The notes below the pieces were generated by a model. It did not search any database and was not told the origin of the DNA. It worked only from the letters and a program-made list of their open reading frames with translations. This document shows positions 10,044 to 20,798 of a stretch of 64,000 bases of DNA, one piece after another; within the stretch, counting starts at the first letter, position 1, and each line of letters begins with the position of its first letter. This DNA is from Nitrosopumilaceae archaeon. Its GTDB lineage: Archaea > Thermoproteota > Nitrososphaeria > Nitrososphaerales > Nitrosopumilaceae. The position numbers were made by a program, and so were the translations under genes. The stretch lies in contig CBDATR010000034.1 of NCBI GenBank assembly GCA_965200155.1, positions 32,001 to 96,000 on the forward strand. Reading direction: 5' to 3'.

Positions 10044-10192
10044 GTAACCGTTTAAGCCACTTCGTGGTTCTGTTCTGGATGGCTGGGGTCAACATATTTT
10101 GATATTGTCAGTCTCCTATTCTTGTATATATTCGTGGCTAGTTTATTATATAATTTCTGGATTTGCCATTGTTCTCTTGCTTAAACGGCTAC
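10044..10192. mobile_element. degenerate MITE family B
   Basis: GTAACCGTTTAAGC...GCTTAAACGGCTAC ends; no TSD seen. Confidence 0.55.
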
Positions 10193-10198
10193 CGCTCT

Positions 10199-11113
10199 CT
10201 AAAGTGCCATTCTCATCATTGTAGATAGGTCTCGCTGTTTCATAAAGGCAGGATCCATGTTGTTTACGTTTATTTTTTGAGATACGCGATTCATCAAGCA
10301 GACGCCAAGTTTGTAGGAAATGGTCCACAGAATACTGTCGGGTTTGGCATTGTATGTATGTAGAAGAAAGCGCAACAACCATGCGGCTTGGGGATAATTA
10401 TTGTTGATATACTTCTCTAGGTACTCGGTAGAGTTTCGTATCTTGTATCGTAGATGCTCCAGTGTCTCCTGTGGGCTAGCATACTCGGACTTGTCTATTG
10501 TAATACGACCCTGCTTCATGGAAAGTAGCACGTCATCTAGGTTGTTGTTTGCGTCAATGGAATTGATACAACGACCCACTGTGGATAATACATGGGAGTC
10601 ACTCCCTGCAACTCCTGTCATGCCGTGAGATCTCGCAAACTCCGCGGCGCGCATATTCGATATTACATCCACATTGTTGCTGTTAAACACTTCAATGATA
10701 TCGCAGTGTTTGGCATCATCGCGTAGGGCATCTAACACACTAAATGGATGCGGCGCTGATGATACTGCATCCTGATCCCGGATCATATCTAGTACCACAT
10801 GTAGTGGCAAGTTGGCCGGTATCTCTTGGTATATGCCATATGCTAGCACATGGGCTCCAGCATCTGTGGTTACCTCTTCTGCAGGGTAAACCTGTATTTT
10901 GTGAAACTTTGGATGATCGTCTCTATATTGCAATATGTGTCTGTATCCTGATAATGTATTGTGATTGGTTACAAATATTGCATCCAGACCCCTGATGCGG
11001 GCCTGTTCTAGCTGAGAACGCACAGATATCCCACAGTCATATGGCGGCTCCTCTGCCCCAACATGAAAATTGGAATATACATTATGGCAATGAAGCTCGG
11101 TCCTTATACTCAA
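10199..11113 (-). CDS. PHP-domain metal-dependent phosphoesterase
   Basis: ELHCH, VTNHN, EEV, PHPF and GSDSH motifs. Confidence 0.9.
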   Translation of the reverse strand: MSIRTELHCHNVYSNFHVGAEEPPYDCGISVRSQLEQARIRGLDAIFVTNHNTLSGYRHILQYRDDHPKFHKIQVYPAEEVTTDAGAHVLAYGIYQEIPANLPLHVVLDMIRDQDAVSSAPHPFSVLDALRDDAKHCDIIEVFNSNNVDVISNMRAAEFARSHGMTGVAGSDSHVLSTVGRCINSIDANNNLDDVLLSMKQGRITIDKSEYASPQETLEHLRYKIRNSTEYLEKYINNNYPQAAWLLRFLLHTYNAKPDSILWTISYKLGVCLMNRVSQKINVNNMDPAFMKQRDLSTMMRMAL

Positions 11114-11240
11114 TATCGGTTCATTGCGCGTATTCGTTATAATACTATGTTGGTGTAACAGTTTTGACTTGAAACGTCATTACAAAATCTGGGCGTTATG
11201 GCATCATACTCTATAGTATTTCCATTCACATATGTAATGC

Positions 11241-11804
11241 TCACTCATTCTGCTTTATGATTACATCATTCTGCTTGGTGTGGTGACTTGCATAGCCTAT
11301 GATGGTGTCATTTTGTTTAAGTATGATCTGGCCCTGCTTATCGATAGCGCTATTCTGCTTGGTGTGATGGTTTGCACAGTCTATGAGTATGTGATTCTGC
11401 TTGATCATAGTCTCCCCTTGGTCTATTATTGTACTTGTGTTCCTGGCAATTGTCTTTACATCCTTTGCCATGTCCATCATTACTGCTGTACTGACTCTCA
11501 TCATACTGAGTATCTCTAGTTGAACATCTTCGGGTACTATCTCAAATGTAGAATATTCACCGGTGGCATAGGTATATTCAATTTCTATGCCACTTAATTC
11601 CATGATGCCTTCTAGGTTGCGTATATGGCCCATGAGCAATTCTATATCCTGACGCTCACCCTCGCATATGATATTCACAGAACCATTATCGTATTTTTTC
11701 ATTATACCGGTTACGCCAATGTGATTTGATGCCTGTTTTATCAAATGCTGGAACCCTACGTCTTGGACTTTGCCACAAACTCGTATGATTCCCCTTTCTT
11801 TCAT
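11241..11804 (-). CDS. acylphosphatase-domain protein with C-terminal coiled-coil (KQN-repeat) tail
   Basis: VCGKVQDVGFQ...G...GSVNIICEGE acylphosphatase signature with the catalytic Arg/Asn positions substituted, followed by heptad repeats. Confidence 0.8.
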   Translation of the reverse strand: MKERGIIRVCGKVQDVGFQHLIKQASNHIGVTGIMKKYDNGSVNIICEGERQDIELLMGHIRNLEGIMELSGIEIEYTYATGEYSTFEIVPEDVQLEILSMMRVSTAVMMDMAKDVKTIARNTSTIIDQGETMIKQNHILIDCANHHTKQNSAIDKQGQIILKQNDTIIGYASHHTKQNDVIIKQNE

Positions 11805-12079
11805 GATGGTATGATTGGTGCCTTGACTGTTTTAAAAATTATGTATGCCCGCATAGCAATTACCAAAAGTCTTTGGTAACAAATTCTACATTTGCATATT
11901 TGGCCCGTCTTGTATATTGCAGGCTTTTTGGAGTATGTATTATACGAAAATCATGTCGCTTAGTCATTGGCACCACGCTCCATCCATTTTGGGTCACTCT
12001 TCCTGATTGACTGGGAGTTTGTTGCATAACTGACTTTGACAGAATACGGATTCCCCCATGTCGTAATCTACGTTACTGC

Positions 12080-13018
12080 CGCGTCCGCCCACTCGTTGCA
12101 CTCGTATGTTATCCCATTTCCGCGCCATTAATCCGTGCCCGAATAATCGTTTGAACGGGAACCGGCTCTATGATTATCTCGATTATCCATCGCCTGTTGT
12201 ACCCTTTTGCCGCCTTCCAGTACTGCTTGTTTTCGGCCTTTTCCTCATCAGAAAGGCGGAAAATGGGCAATTCCGGGCTTCCTCCAAGACTGCAAGTCCC
12301 CATGAGTCGCCTTTCCTTTGGTGGAATTTAGCTGAAGTGGAATGGTTGTCCGGATTCGATTATTACTGCACAATTTCATGTTATCCCTGGACGCGTATGC
12401 GCCATCTGCAAGCAACTCGAGGTTGCATGCGCGCTTGTCATCATTATTCGGCAAGGGGGACACACCGTTAGTCAGCGCCTTTCCGGGTTGTGGCTTATCT
12501 GTTGGTCCTGCCAGAGATGGCAACTGTTGCAATGGGTCCGGAACTTTCCAATTCCAGGGTGTGCTCCCTGTCCAGTTGTGGCTCTTCTGCATACGAGTCC
12601 AGTACTGCATTGTTTAACATGTGTGTATCCCCAACCCACTAGCCGGTAACCGTAAATGCATATGCTCTCCCAGTCCGCGAGCATTGATGAATCCGCGCCT
12701 CTTTTTCCATTTGGCCCTAATCCACTCACCGCGATTCAAGGCCGGGCGAGTCCACAATCATGGTTCTAGTCAGCTTTTTGTCTGTGCCGACAATCACGCC
12801 ATTCCCCTTGTCCATGCCAATCTCTTCTGCGTCTGTATATTGTGGAGTAGTGCGGGGTTTGGTGTCCTTCCAGTAGTCCTGCAAGGAATTCGGATACCTG
12901 CCTGTATCTCATACCTAATGCCGTTCTCAGTGTCATGTAACATGCCCACGGCATACTGGTAGGGAGCACCCTCCTTGTTATGGTTAGCCTTTTCAATCCC
13001 ATGCATGGTTAAAGCCAA
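12080..13018 (-). pseudogene. IS5-family (IS903/ISH1-like) transposase pseudogene nested in the IS481 element
   Basis: Fragments GAPYQYA, RYRQ, PHYSTIYRR, GEWIR, LADGAYAS and GYNRRWIIE in different frames. Confidence 0.8.
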
Positions 13019-13162
13019 ATAGCCTTACGCTGGACGTACTTGGCATTGTCGGTGAATACCATCAAGTTTGTTTAAAAAATCTGATATTAATGCTTGGATC
13101 CAAGTTAGTAATCACTATGACAGAATAAACGAAAATACTCAAACCGTTTCTCACATACATTT

Positions 13163-14042
13163 TTAATCTAACTTGTTTGGAGTTATGCAGCAAACTATTG
13201 ACTGTGTATCTCTTTTGTTGTGAAACGCCTTGAGCGGAGTCTCCAGGTTATCAATGTCAAGGGACCAGTACAGTCTGCGCTCATTACAATACTCGATGTA
13301 CTTGGACATGCCACCATAGTATTCCATACCTTCCTCAAGACTCCTGAAGAACCGCTCCAGCTTACCATTAGTCTGTGGTATTGAGTTTATCATGGGGATT
13401 CCAAGATCAATGAGAGCCGCCTCAAAGACTGTAGGCTTCCAGGTACCTTTTCGGTTTCTCTCTTTTACGTGTCATTGGGCCTACAAAGCATGAACCGTTA
13501 TCGGATAGTATGGTGGCAGGGTGACCAAACATACTGATTGCATCATGCAGAGCCAGGACCGAGTTCTGAGGTGACATGCTAGAATAGTCTGGCCGTAACA
13601 ACGCATCGTGAGGCGTCATCCAGGTATACTACAAGGTTTCATTCCTGCCCATTTTTTGCTCTTCATGATGTGCAAGTCCACGTGCCACATGGCGTTTGAG
13701 CACATTCTCTCAAAACTAACCCATTTGCGCCGTCCCTTCCGTGTCGGCGGTGCCATTAAATCATGGTCTTTCATGATTTTGTACACTGTATTGTATTTGG
13801 GTGATGCGGAGTACCTTTGCTGTTTGTAACACTCCTACTGGATCATTCTTGCACTGGCGCAGTACCACATCAATTGTATCTGAGTCGGGTTTTGGATTGG
13901 ACGGCCTGGTTCTGATTGTGCGTGTATATTGTACCGGCATTACGATACTCTGCATACAGGCGCTGAATATGTCTCTGTGAGACCTTCGTACTTGCTGTAA
14001 TGTTCCTGCTTGACTCTCCTTTCTTGCAGAGCCGTTACTCAT
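13163..14042 (-). pseudogene. IS481-like rve transposase pseudogene
   Basis: Fragments WHVD, DDASR, ILSDNGSCF, PQTNGKLERFF and YCNERR. Confidence 0.8.
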
Positions 14043-14219
14043 CTGTAAGTTTCCTTGAAACTCGCGTTGAATGATGAATCATAATCCTTTGCAAGGACCT
14101 TAAAATTAGTGCGACCTAATTTTTGTATAATACACAGACTTTTTGGAGTATGTCATATGCTTGCACTTAGGCACAACAGAATCGCGACGATTGGCACAAT
14201 TCGTGTATGGATCTGAAAT

Positions 14220-15308
14220 ATGTGTGGACTGAGTGCTAAATGTGCCTCAATTATGCGTGTTAATTATATACGCATGTGGCATACATATGACATGTGGATT
14301 TTACTGGCGGTAATAGCATGCATGGGATTGCTGGTTCCTACTTATGCAATGGCACAAACGTATGACACCCCGTCATCACTGGTTGTGGTTTTGCCTAACC
14401 CCTCATACCTATATGTGGACTCTGATGGATATGCCACCGTAACTGGCATTGTAGAGAACAACTCGGATCACTCATACATCGGAAACGTACAGGTGCTTAC
14501 TCGATTTTATGATAACGCCAATGAGGAGCCACTAGCCGTCAATGTATCTTCCATCAGCTTGGATGTACTGCCACCCAAGTCATCATCCCCCTTTGTAATA
14601 AAATCGCCCTCCCCTGACTTTAGTTATGTTTGGGCTATCTCATCACTACAATTCTTTGATTCCACAAACCCCAAACTGACCGGTCTGGAGATGAATCACA
14701 TACAGTATGATAATGGTATCATAACACTCAACGTGACCGACAGTATTGAGGCCCCGCACACAAATGTTCGTATGTATGTTGCATATCATGATACATTTGA
14801 TCCCCCACGCATACTCTCAGTGAGTGAGCATAATCTGGGTGATCTGGAGGCGGGCCATACACTAAGCGTAGACATACAAGATGCCATTCCATATGGGACT
14901 GGTGGGTTTATGATATTTGCCGAGTCTGATTTTTTCAGTAGCAATATGAAGAGTGACCGAATACCGACATCCACAACCCTTCTGGAACCTCTTTTGCCGC
15001 CCCACATTGCTAATATTTGGGTGGGAAATGTTACCCATCCTGTAACCGTACTGACGGCGGACCAGGAGGCTAGCATCAACGCAGATGTCCGGCCCGGGAG
15101 AGGGGAATATCATCTAAATTTCCAAGTAACCCGTGAGGGGGGTGGAATTGTATTTTTGGGCGGCGCGAACATAACAAGTACTACCGGTATAGTATCTGCT
15201 AATTATACACCAATCGAGTCTGGACAGTATGTTGTGGAGTCGTTTGTTTGGGGAGGACCAAGTCCGGTAGCCAGGCCGGGGCCGACCATGTTATTTACGG
15301 TGGAGTAA
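14220..15308 (+). CDS. secreted hypothetical protein (FxLYD-like beta-sandwich region; start probably ~14292)
   Basis: Signal peptide MWILLAVIACMGLLVPTYAMA and a VTGIVEN...RFYD pattern. Confidence 0.75.
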   Translation: MCGLSAKCASIMRVNYIRMWHTYDMWILLAVIACMGLLVPTYAMAQTYDTPSSLVVVLPNPSYLYVDSDGYATVTGIVENNSDHSYIGNVQVLTRFYDNANEEPLAVNVSSISLDVLPPKSSSPFVIKSPSPDFSYVWAISSLQFFDSTNPKLTGLEMNHIQYDNGIITLNVTDSIEAPHTNVRMYVAYHDTFDPPRILSVSEHNLGDLEAGHTLSVDIQDAIPYGTGGFMIFAESDFFSSNMKSDRIPTSTTLLEPLLPPHIANIWVGNVTHPVTVLTADQEASINADVRPGRGEYHLNFQVTREGGGIVFLGGANITSTTGIVSANYTPIESGQYVVESFVWGGPSPVARPGPTMLFTVE

Positions 15309-15767
15309 TTGGGTACAATTGCTGCCACCGGTGGCACTTTTGACATACTACATCGTGGTCATCATGCTTTGCTGGCCGCGGCACTTGAGAAGTATGATCA
15401 TACCATAATAGGATTGGTCACAGACGATTTTGCTATACAATTGGGGAAAAAACCGCTTTACAAATACAAACAACGACTAATCTCCATGCACCGTCTACTA
15501 CAACATGAATTTCCAGGTAGAAGCTACGAGATTACACCACTGAAAAGCGAATTTGGACCTGCTGTCTTGCGCGGTGACATTGATGCGCTGGTGGCGAGTG
15601 ATGAGACCTACAAAAGTGGAGACACCCTGAACAAGATGAGGGCGCGTCGTGGATTAAAACCGGTAGATGTAGTGGTGGTGCATATGGTGCCCGGGTGTGA
15701 CGGCATTCCTATCTCAACGACGCGTATACGCAATGATATCATAGACCGAGAAGGCAATACACTATGA
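15309..15767 (+). CDS. coaD: archaeal phosphopantetheine adenylyltransferase
   Basis: GGTFDILHRGH, VASDET, ISTTRIR and IDREG motifs. Confidence 0.92.
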   Translation: MGTIAATGGTFDILHRGHHALLAAALEKYDHTIIGLVTDDFAIQLGKKPLYKYKQRLISMHRLLQHEFPGRSYEITPLKSEFGPAVLRGDIDALVASDETYKSGDTLNKMRARRGLKPVDVVVVHMVPGCDGIPISTTRIRNDIIDREGNTL

Positions 15768-15822
15768 ATTCATACAACTATTGTTGGAATCAACACTGTG
15801 TGCTTAAATAAAAAAAACGGAA

Positions 15823-17586
15823 ATGCTTGCAATGGAAAAAAAGACGACATTCGTACTCATGCTGTCGCTCGTAGCGGCAGCTGGAATTACAGTATCTGAC
15901 GTATACGCACAGACAAACACCGAGAGACTGGAGAGTATAGATGACCGAACCCAGGAAATATCCGATACCATTGGTAACTCATCTGATGAAACCGGACTAT
16001 TTGGCGCGCTTGCAAACGTGGCTTCTGATATAGCCGATGCACTTACCGCCATAGCTGGTGTACAAACATCTGTTGACTCAGTCGATGCCAAGATAGACTC
16101 CATGATGTCCAACTTTGATAGTATAGCAACCATAAGCTCAAACATAAACACCATGAGAGGTACCCTGAACTCAGTAAGTAGCACCGTATCCTCAATAGAC
16201 TCGAGCATATCATTGATAGACAGCACAATCACTGCTAACAGTGATGCAGTAAATTCAATGAGATCTGATGTATCCTCATTAACAACTAGCACCATGATGT
16301 TGACCGATGCTGTTTCAGACAATGCTGCCTCACTGCAAGACATACAAAATGATCTTGCACTACTCAACAAGAGAATAATGGGAGTGGAAGACACCATCTC
16401 ACAGCAACAGCTGGGCGCAACCGGTGATGTGGCAGTCAGCGTCGCCGCGAGCAATGCACGACTGGACGCCCTGGACACTGTACTGAAGCAGATACAGGAT
16501 AATCTTATAACATTGCGTGCCGATGTCTCGGTATTATCTTCACAAATAACCAACCCTGATGATCCGACCACAATTATCGATGCTACCACCAGTGCCCTTG
16601 TAACTGCATATGATTACAAGACGTACGACAAGAATGGAACCACAATCAACGGTAACACGTTCCACGAGCTGGAACTGAGATTCTCCTGTAACCAGGATGC
16701 ATTCATAGATCAGGTTAGATTCATTGCGGCCTCCCATGAGGACGCTCTTGATTATGTAAGAGGGAATAATCTTGAGAAATTCGATATAGAAGAGTCTACT
16801 CCGAACAACTTTGTAAGAGTGGATGGCATAGACCTGTTCAACAACAAGGTTCTCGTAAACCAATCTACAGATCAGTATGTGAAGATTGAGCGAGCCCATA
16901 ATTACAACAACAAACCATTGCTAGCTGGCAGTACCTTGCCATTCACATCCCAAATACACGAGGGCCTCTTTGTTTTAAGAGAAAACGGAGAACTGGGGCC
17001 ATTAATACAGTCAGGTAGTAAGCAACCTTACGTCTCTGTTGCTTCTAACACTACCATGATAGCAGACTCTGAACGAAACACCCGTGACAATGACAAGCTG
17101 GAAAGAGACCTATACTACATTGAGGTCGACTGGATCACATACTATACCGGCACCAGCTGTACGGTAGGTGTTGGAACTAGCGGCTCCTTGCCTAACGCGG
17201 ACGCCGCGGGCACACTCCAGTATAGCGTAAATGTCACTAATGATGGCAAAGTAATAAACGAGTATTCCAATGTTATGGACTGTGGTGGTAACCCGGTAGA
17301 GATAACCGGTGTCAGTACCGCCATTGCCGGATCATGGGAAGATGGACTGGACAAGTTTGCCACCATGAACATGGAGGTTCTGGATAACCGCAACGACGAC
17401 ATACCTGATGTAATATTCCAGCTAATGCAGAATGATGAGGCGACAATAAAAGACGGTGAATACCCGATATATGCTAATGCAGATCTTCAGATAAGCGGCA
17501 GCTTCCCGATAGTTGATAACCTGCTTGTAGAGATAGAGTACCTAAGTGTTCCTAACGCAGGATGTACGATTGTAGACTCCCAATAA
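15823..17586 (+). CDS. secreted coiled-coil protein (copy 2, one aa difference from 3128..4891)
   Basis: Translation identical to copy 1 except M70I. Confidence 0.85.
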   Translation: MLAMEKKTTFVLMLSLVAAAGITVSDVYAQTNTERLESIDDRTQEISDTIGNSSDETGLFGALANVASDIADALTAIAGVQTSVDSVDAKIDSMMSNFDSIATISSNINTMRGTLNSVSSTVSSIDSSISLIDSTITANSDAVNSMRSDVSSLTTSTMMLTDAVSDNAASLQDIQNDLALLNKRIMGVEDTISQQQLGATGDVAVSVAASNARLDALDTVLKQIQDNLITLRADVSVLSSQITNPDDPTTIIDATTSALVTAYDYKTYDKNGTTINGNTFHELELRFSCNQDAFIDQVRFIAASHEDALDYVRGNNLEKFDIEESTPNNFVRVDGIDLFNNKVLVNQSTDQYVKIERAHNYNNKPLLAGSTLPFTSQIHEGLFVLRENGELGPLIQSGSKQPYVSVASNTTMIADSERNTRDNDKLERDLYYIEVDWITYYTGTSCTVGVGTSGSLPNADAAGTLQYSVNVTNDGKVINEYSNVMDCGGNPVEITGVSTAIAGSWEDGLDKFATMNMEVLDNRNDDIPDVIFQLMQNDEATIKDGEYPIYANADLQISGSFPIVDNLLVEIEYLSVPNAGCTIVDSQ

Positions 17587-17691
17587 CTAGATAATTTTTA
17601 CATATATTTTACATTTCATCATTGACCGCCTGTATATTGATCCCTGCAATACAGCAAAGTGGTTATAACATTTTTCTGAGTACTTCGTATC

Positions 17692-18009
17692 ATGGGAATG
17701 CTGGATGTGATAAATGAGCGCGTACTCCGACTACAGGAGGGCATACAGCCAGCATCATTACTGTACTGGCATAACCGTGTAGTGCGGGACGCCCAGGAAC
17801 TGGCACCGCCCTGGCTGGAAGGACTGATAAAGGTGAGACAGGATGAGCATCTGCCCATGAAGTTTAACCTGGATATATCGAGGCGCGCCACCAAATATTA
17901 CATGATGGCCATAGACAAGAACATGCCATTCATGCCACACTCTACCAGGCTATACTTTCTGAGAGTCTGCGAGGTCCTGACCGAGAGCATGGATAGTTCA
18001 TTGGTCTAG
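17692..18009 (+). CDS. hypothetical protein
   Basis: 105-aa ORF in the core region with normal composition. Confidence 0.65.
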   Translation: MGMLDVINERVLRLQEGIQPASLLYWHNRVVRDAQELAPPWLEGLIKVRQDEHLPMKFNLDISRRATKYYMMAIDKNMPFMPHSTRLYFLRVCEVLTESMDSSLV

Positions 18010-18011
18010 TC

Positions 18012-18302
18012 TCATGCCTTACTGATATACACAACATCTTGCTCTATAATGTCCGCTTGGGTAATCCTCTTGTCACCTTCCAGTACATCCTGCAGGTACC
18101 CCGCCAGGGCTTCTGCCTCGCTCCCGTCATGTAATACCAGGCTGTGCGCAGACTTGTCCTGCAGCATCACTATCATCTCGTTGTCAATTATATCCAGCAC
18201 TGATGTAATATACGTCTGGAGGCTCTTTTTGATCAGTATCATGCTGGCCAGCTTCTGGGCCTCGTACTTATCGGCGCAGCGCACCCTTATGCTCGCTCTC
18301 AT
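18012..18302 (-). CDS. hypothetical protein
   Basis: 96-aa ORF directly downstream of and overlapping trpS. Confidence 0.65.
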   Translation of the reverse strand: MRASIRVRCADKYEAQKLASMILIKKSLQTYITSVLDIIDNEMIVMLQDKSAHSLVLHDGSEAEALAGYLQDVLEGDKRITQADIIEQDVVYISKA

Positions 18303-19401
18303 TGTATAGAAACTCCCCCAAATTTACGGCATCCCGGCGGCGCTGATGCTCCTCCATGTATGATGTGGCCTTCTCTATGAGTATCTGTTTTAGCTCTCCA
18401 CTTAGCATGGAACCGGATTCGTACTGCTCCTTTATGCGGGAAAGCCGGGTATCGTCCGGCTCAAAGAATATGCGCAGATACTGGAACGGGACATCCACAC
18501 TTGTGTTGCCGCCCATCCTGCGATGCTGATCCGCATCGGCCTGCCCACCGGAGTATGCATAACGGTTTATCTTCTTTTTTATCTGGGCAGGTGTATCTGT
18601 TGTGTATATGGCAGAGTTGGGATCGGACGCGGACATTTTGCCACCGGGACCACGAAGCCCCGGCGTCATTATATTATGTAATATAGCCGGTTTGGGTCGC
18701 TCGATTATGGGTGCCACATCCCTGGTCAGCCTAAAGTGCGGGTCCTGGTCTATCCCCATGGGTATGAGTACAGGTTTCTCTTCTAGAAAGCACGGTGCAG
18801 ACTGCATGGCTGTATAAAATATCATTCCAATATTGGTAGAGTCATCGAATCCGAAGGTGGCCTTGGCGCTAGAATACGTTATATGTCCCGCTACCTGGGC
18901 GGCCAGCGGGTACAGTGTTCCTATGTGTTTTGTATCTATTATGATGTGTGTCTTGGCGGGATCAAAGCCCAATGCGGCAAAGTCCCGAGCATTCTCATAT
19001 GCAAGACTCCTTGTCTTTTCCAGGGACAGATTACCCCTGGAGTGATAGAATTTCTCATCATCTGTAAGCTGAAAGTACATGGTGACATTGAATCTCTCCT
19101 GAAGCCACCTTGCAAAGACCCAGGGGACAAGATGCCCAATGTGCGTACTTCCGGAGGGACCCCGTCCCGTATACAAAAAGAAGCCCCGTCCCTGCCGCTG
19201 TGACTCTAATATTACATCCAAATCCCGGTGGGAGAAGAATATTCCCCGGCGAATCATATGGTGGTCCTGGCCCGCCATGTTAATGAACCGCTTTAGCAGT
19301 TCATCATCCAGTAATTTGGTCCCGAACATGCTACTAAGTCTTTCATAGTCTATATCACCACGGGACTCCCAGGGGGTAACCACAAAATCCTCGTCCACCA
19401 T
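18268..19401 (-). CDS. trpS: tryptophanyl-tRNA synthetase
   Basis: VTPW, YTGRGPS, HIGH, IDQDPHFRLTRD and KMSAS motifs; start set at ATG 19401. Confidence 0.96.
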   Translation of the reverse strand: MVDEDFVVTPWESRGDIDYERLSSMFGTKLLDDELLKRFINMAGQDHHMIRRGIFFSHRDLDVILESQRQGRGFFLYTGRGPSGSTHIGHLVPWVFARWLQERFNVTMYFQLTDDEKFYHSRGNLSLEKTRSLAYENARDFAALGFDPAKTHIIIDTKHIGTLYPLAAQVAGHITYSSAKATFGFDDSTNIGMIFYTAMQSAPCFLEEKPVLIPMGIDQDPHFRLTRDVAPIIERPKPAILHNIMTPGLRGPGGKMSASDPNSAIYTTDTPAQIKKKINRYAYSGGQADADQHRRMGGNTSVDVPFQYLRIFFEPDDTRLSRIKEQYESGSMLSGELKQILIEKATSYMEEHQRRRDAVNLGEFLYNESEHKGALRR

Positions 19402-19454
19402 AAAGCAAACCCTCCGCCAAGCTTTAAAAAAAGTATTCGCGATATTACACAGTA

Positions 19455-20798
19455 TTGTCCCGGGCCTTACACTGGATTGAGGACAGGATAGCAAGATCAA
19501 TGAAAAATGCCCAACCCGCGGATATCCACTCCATATCTAAAATGAGCGGCCTCACTATTGATCAGACCCGCCGGGGCATCGAATGGCTTCTTGGCAAGAA
19601 TATTCTGATAATGGATGGGGAACCCCGCAAGGTGGGGCGCTTGGGGCCCGCGGGCCTGGAAGCCGCGCGCCACGGACTGCCGGAGCGGCGATTCCTGGAC
19701 ATGCTTAAGGTTGGTACACCGGTACCAAAAATAAAAGAGGCGCTGGGCAGCGATTATGGCGCCGCCCTTGGCATTTGCGCAAAGAATCGCTGGATAAGCG
19801 TAAAATCCGGAATACCGAATATTCTGTCATACCCTGATACGATACCGGGCGAGGACGAGATTCAAACTGGCATGATAAGTGGTGATACCATACTGCAAAA
19901 GCGGCCTGGCTATGTAACATGGCATACCACTGCTGCCACATATTCGTTATCATCCTCATATGATACAATGACAATACGTACCGGCCTTGATGTGGAGGCG
20001 CCGGTCTCGGCTGTAACCATATCCCGGACGCACCCCCTGAATGATGTCATATCTAAGATACGGGAGGCCTTTGTTACGCTGGGATTCACCGAGATTCACG
20101 GCGACATGGTGCAATCGGGATTCTGGAATTTTGACGCACTATTCACGCCGCAGGATCATCCTGCCAGGGAGATGCAGGATACATTTTACCTGATTAATGA
20201 CATGGATATGGATGCCACGCATAAACAGGTGAAAAGTGTTGAAGATATGCATCGTACCGGCTGGAACTATGAATGGGATGAGGCACCAGCCCGGAAGGCC
20301 GTACTGCGTACTCATACTACGTGTGTTACCATACGACACCTGGCAAAGAATCATGATGGTGGCGACTCACGAGTATTCTCGGTGGGCCGGGTATTCCGGA
20401 ATGAAAAACCCAGCTACAAGCACTTGGTGGAGTTTAACCAGATAGAGGGGGTGGTTGCAGGATCCCGGGTCTCGTTGCGGGATCTCATGGGGATACAGAA
20501 ACGGTTCTATTCCATGATGGGAATCAAGAGAATAAAGTTCTGGCCCACGTTCTTTCCGTATACGGAGCCCTCATTGCAGTCCATGGTGTATAACGAGACC
20601 CTGGGCAAGTGGGTGGAGTTATTCGGCATGGGGATGTTCCGTCCAGAAGTGACACGACCCCTGGGGATACGTACACCGGTTCTGGCCTGGGGTGGGGGGA
20701 TAGAGCGCATGGCCATGTTACTATACATGATGGATGATGTGCGGGAGTTCTATGAGAATAGTATGGAATGGTTGAGGAGCCAGAAGAGATGCCGGTAG
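19455..20798 (+). CDS. pheS: phenylalanyl-tRNA synthetase alpha subunit
   Basis: WNFDALFTPQDHPAREMQDTFY, LRTHTT, FFPYTEPS, GMFRPE and WGGGIER motifs. Confidence 0.96.
   Translation: MSRALHWIEDRIARSMKNAQPADIHSISKMSGLTIDQTRRGIEWLLGKNILIMDGEPRKVGRLGPAGLEAARHGLPERRFLDMLKVGTPVPKIKEALGSDYGAALGICAKNRWISVKSGIPNILSYPDTIPGEDEIQTGMISGDTILQKRPGYVTWHTTAATYSLSSSYDTMTIRTGLDVEAPVSAVTISRTHPLNDVISKIREAFVTLGFTEIHGDMVQSGFWNFDALFTPQDHPAREMQDTFYLINDMDMDATHKQVKSVEDMHRTGWNYEWDEAPARKAVLRTHTTCVTIRHLAKNHDGGDSRVFSVGRVFRNEKPSYKHLVEFNQIEGVVAGSRVSLRDLMGIQKRFYSMMGIKRIKFWPTFFPYTEPSLQSMVYNETLGKWVELFGMGMFRPEVTRPLGIRTPVLAWGGGIERMAMLLYMMDDVREFYENSMEWLRSQKRCR

Larger units (their letters stand above)
11936..14134 (-). mobile_element. 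IS481-family element (decayed) with 16-bp flanking direct repeat, inserted in a family C MITE
   Basis: 24-bp TIR TGTATTATACGAAAATCATGTCGC / GCGACCTAATTTTTGTATAATACA. Flanks CAGGCTTTTTGGAGTA (11920-11935) and CAGACTTTTTGGAGTA (14135-14150). Confidence 0.8.
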
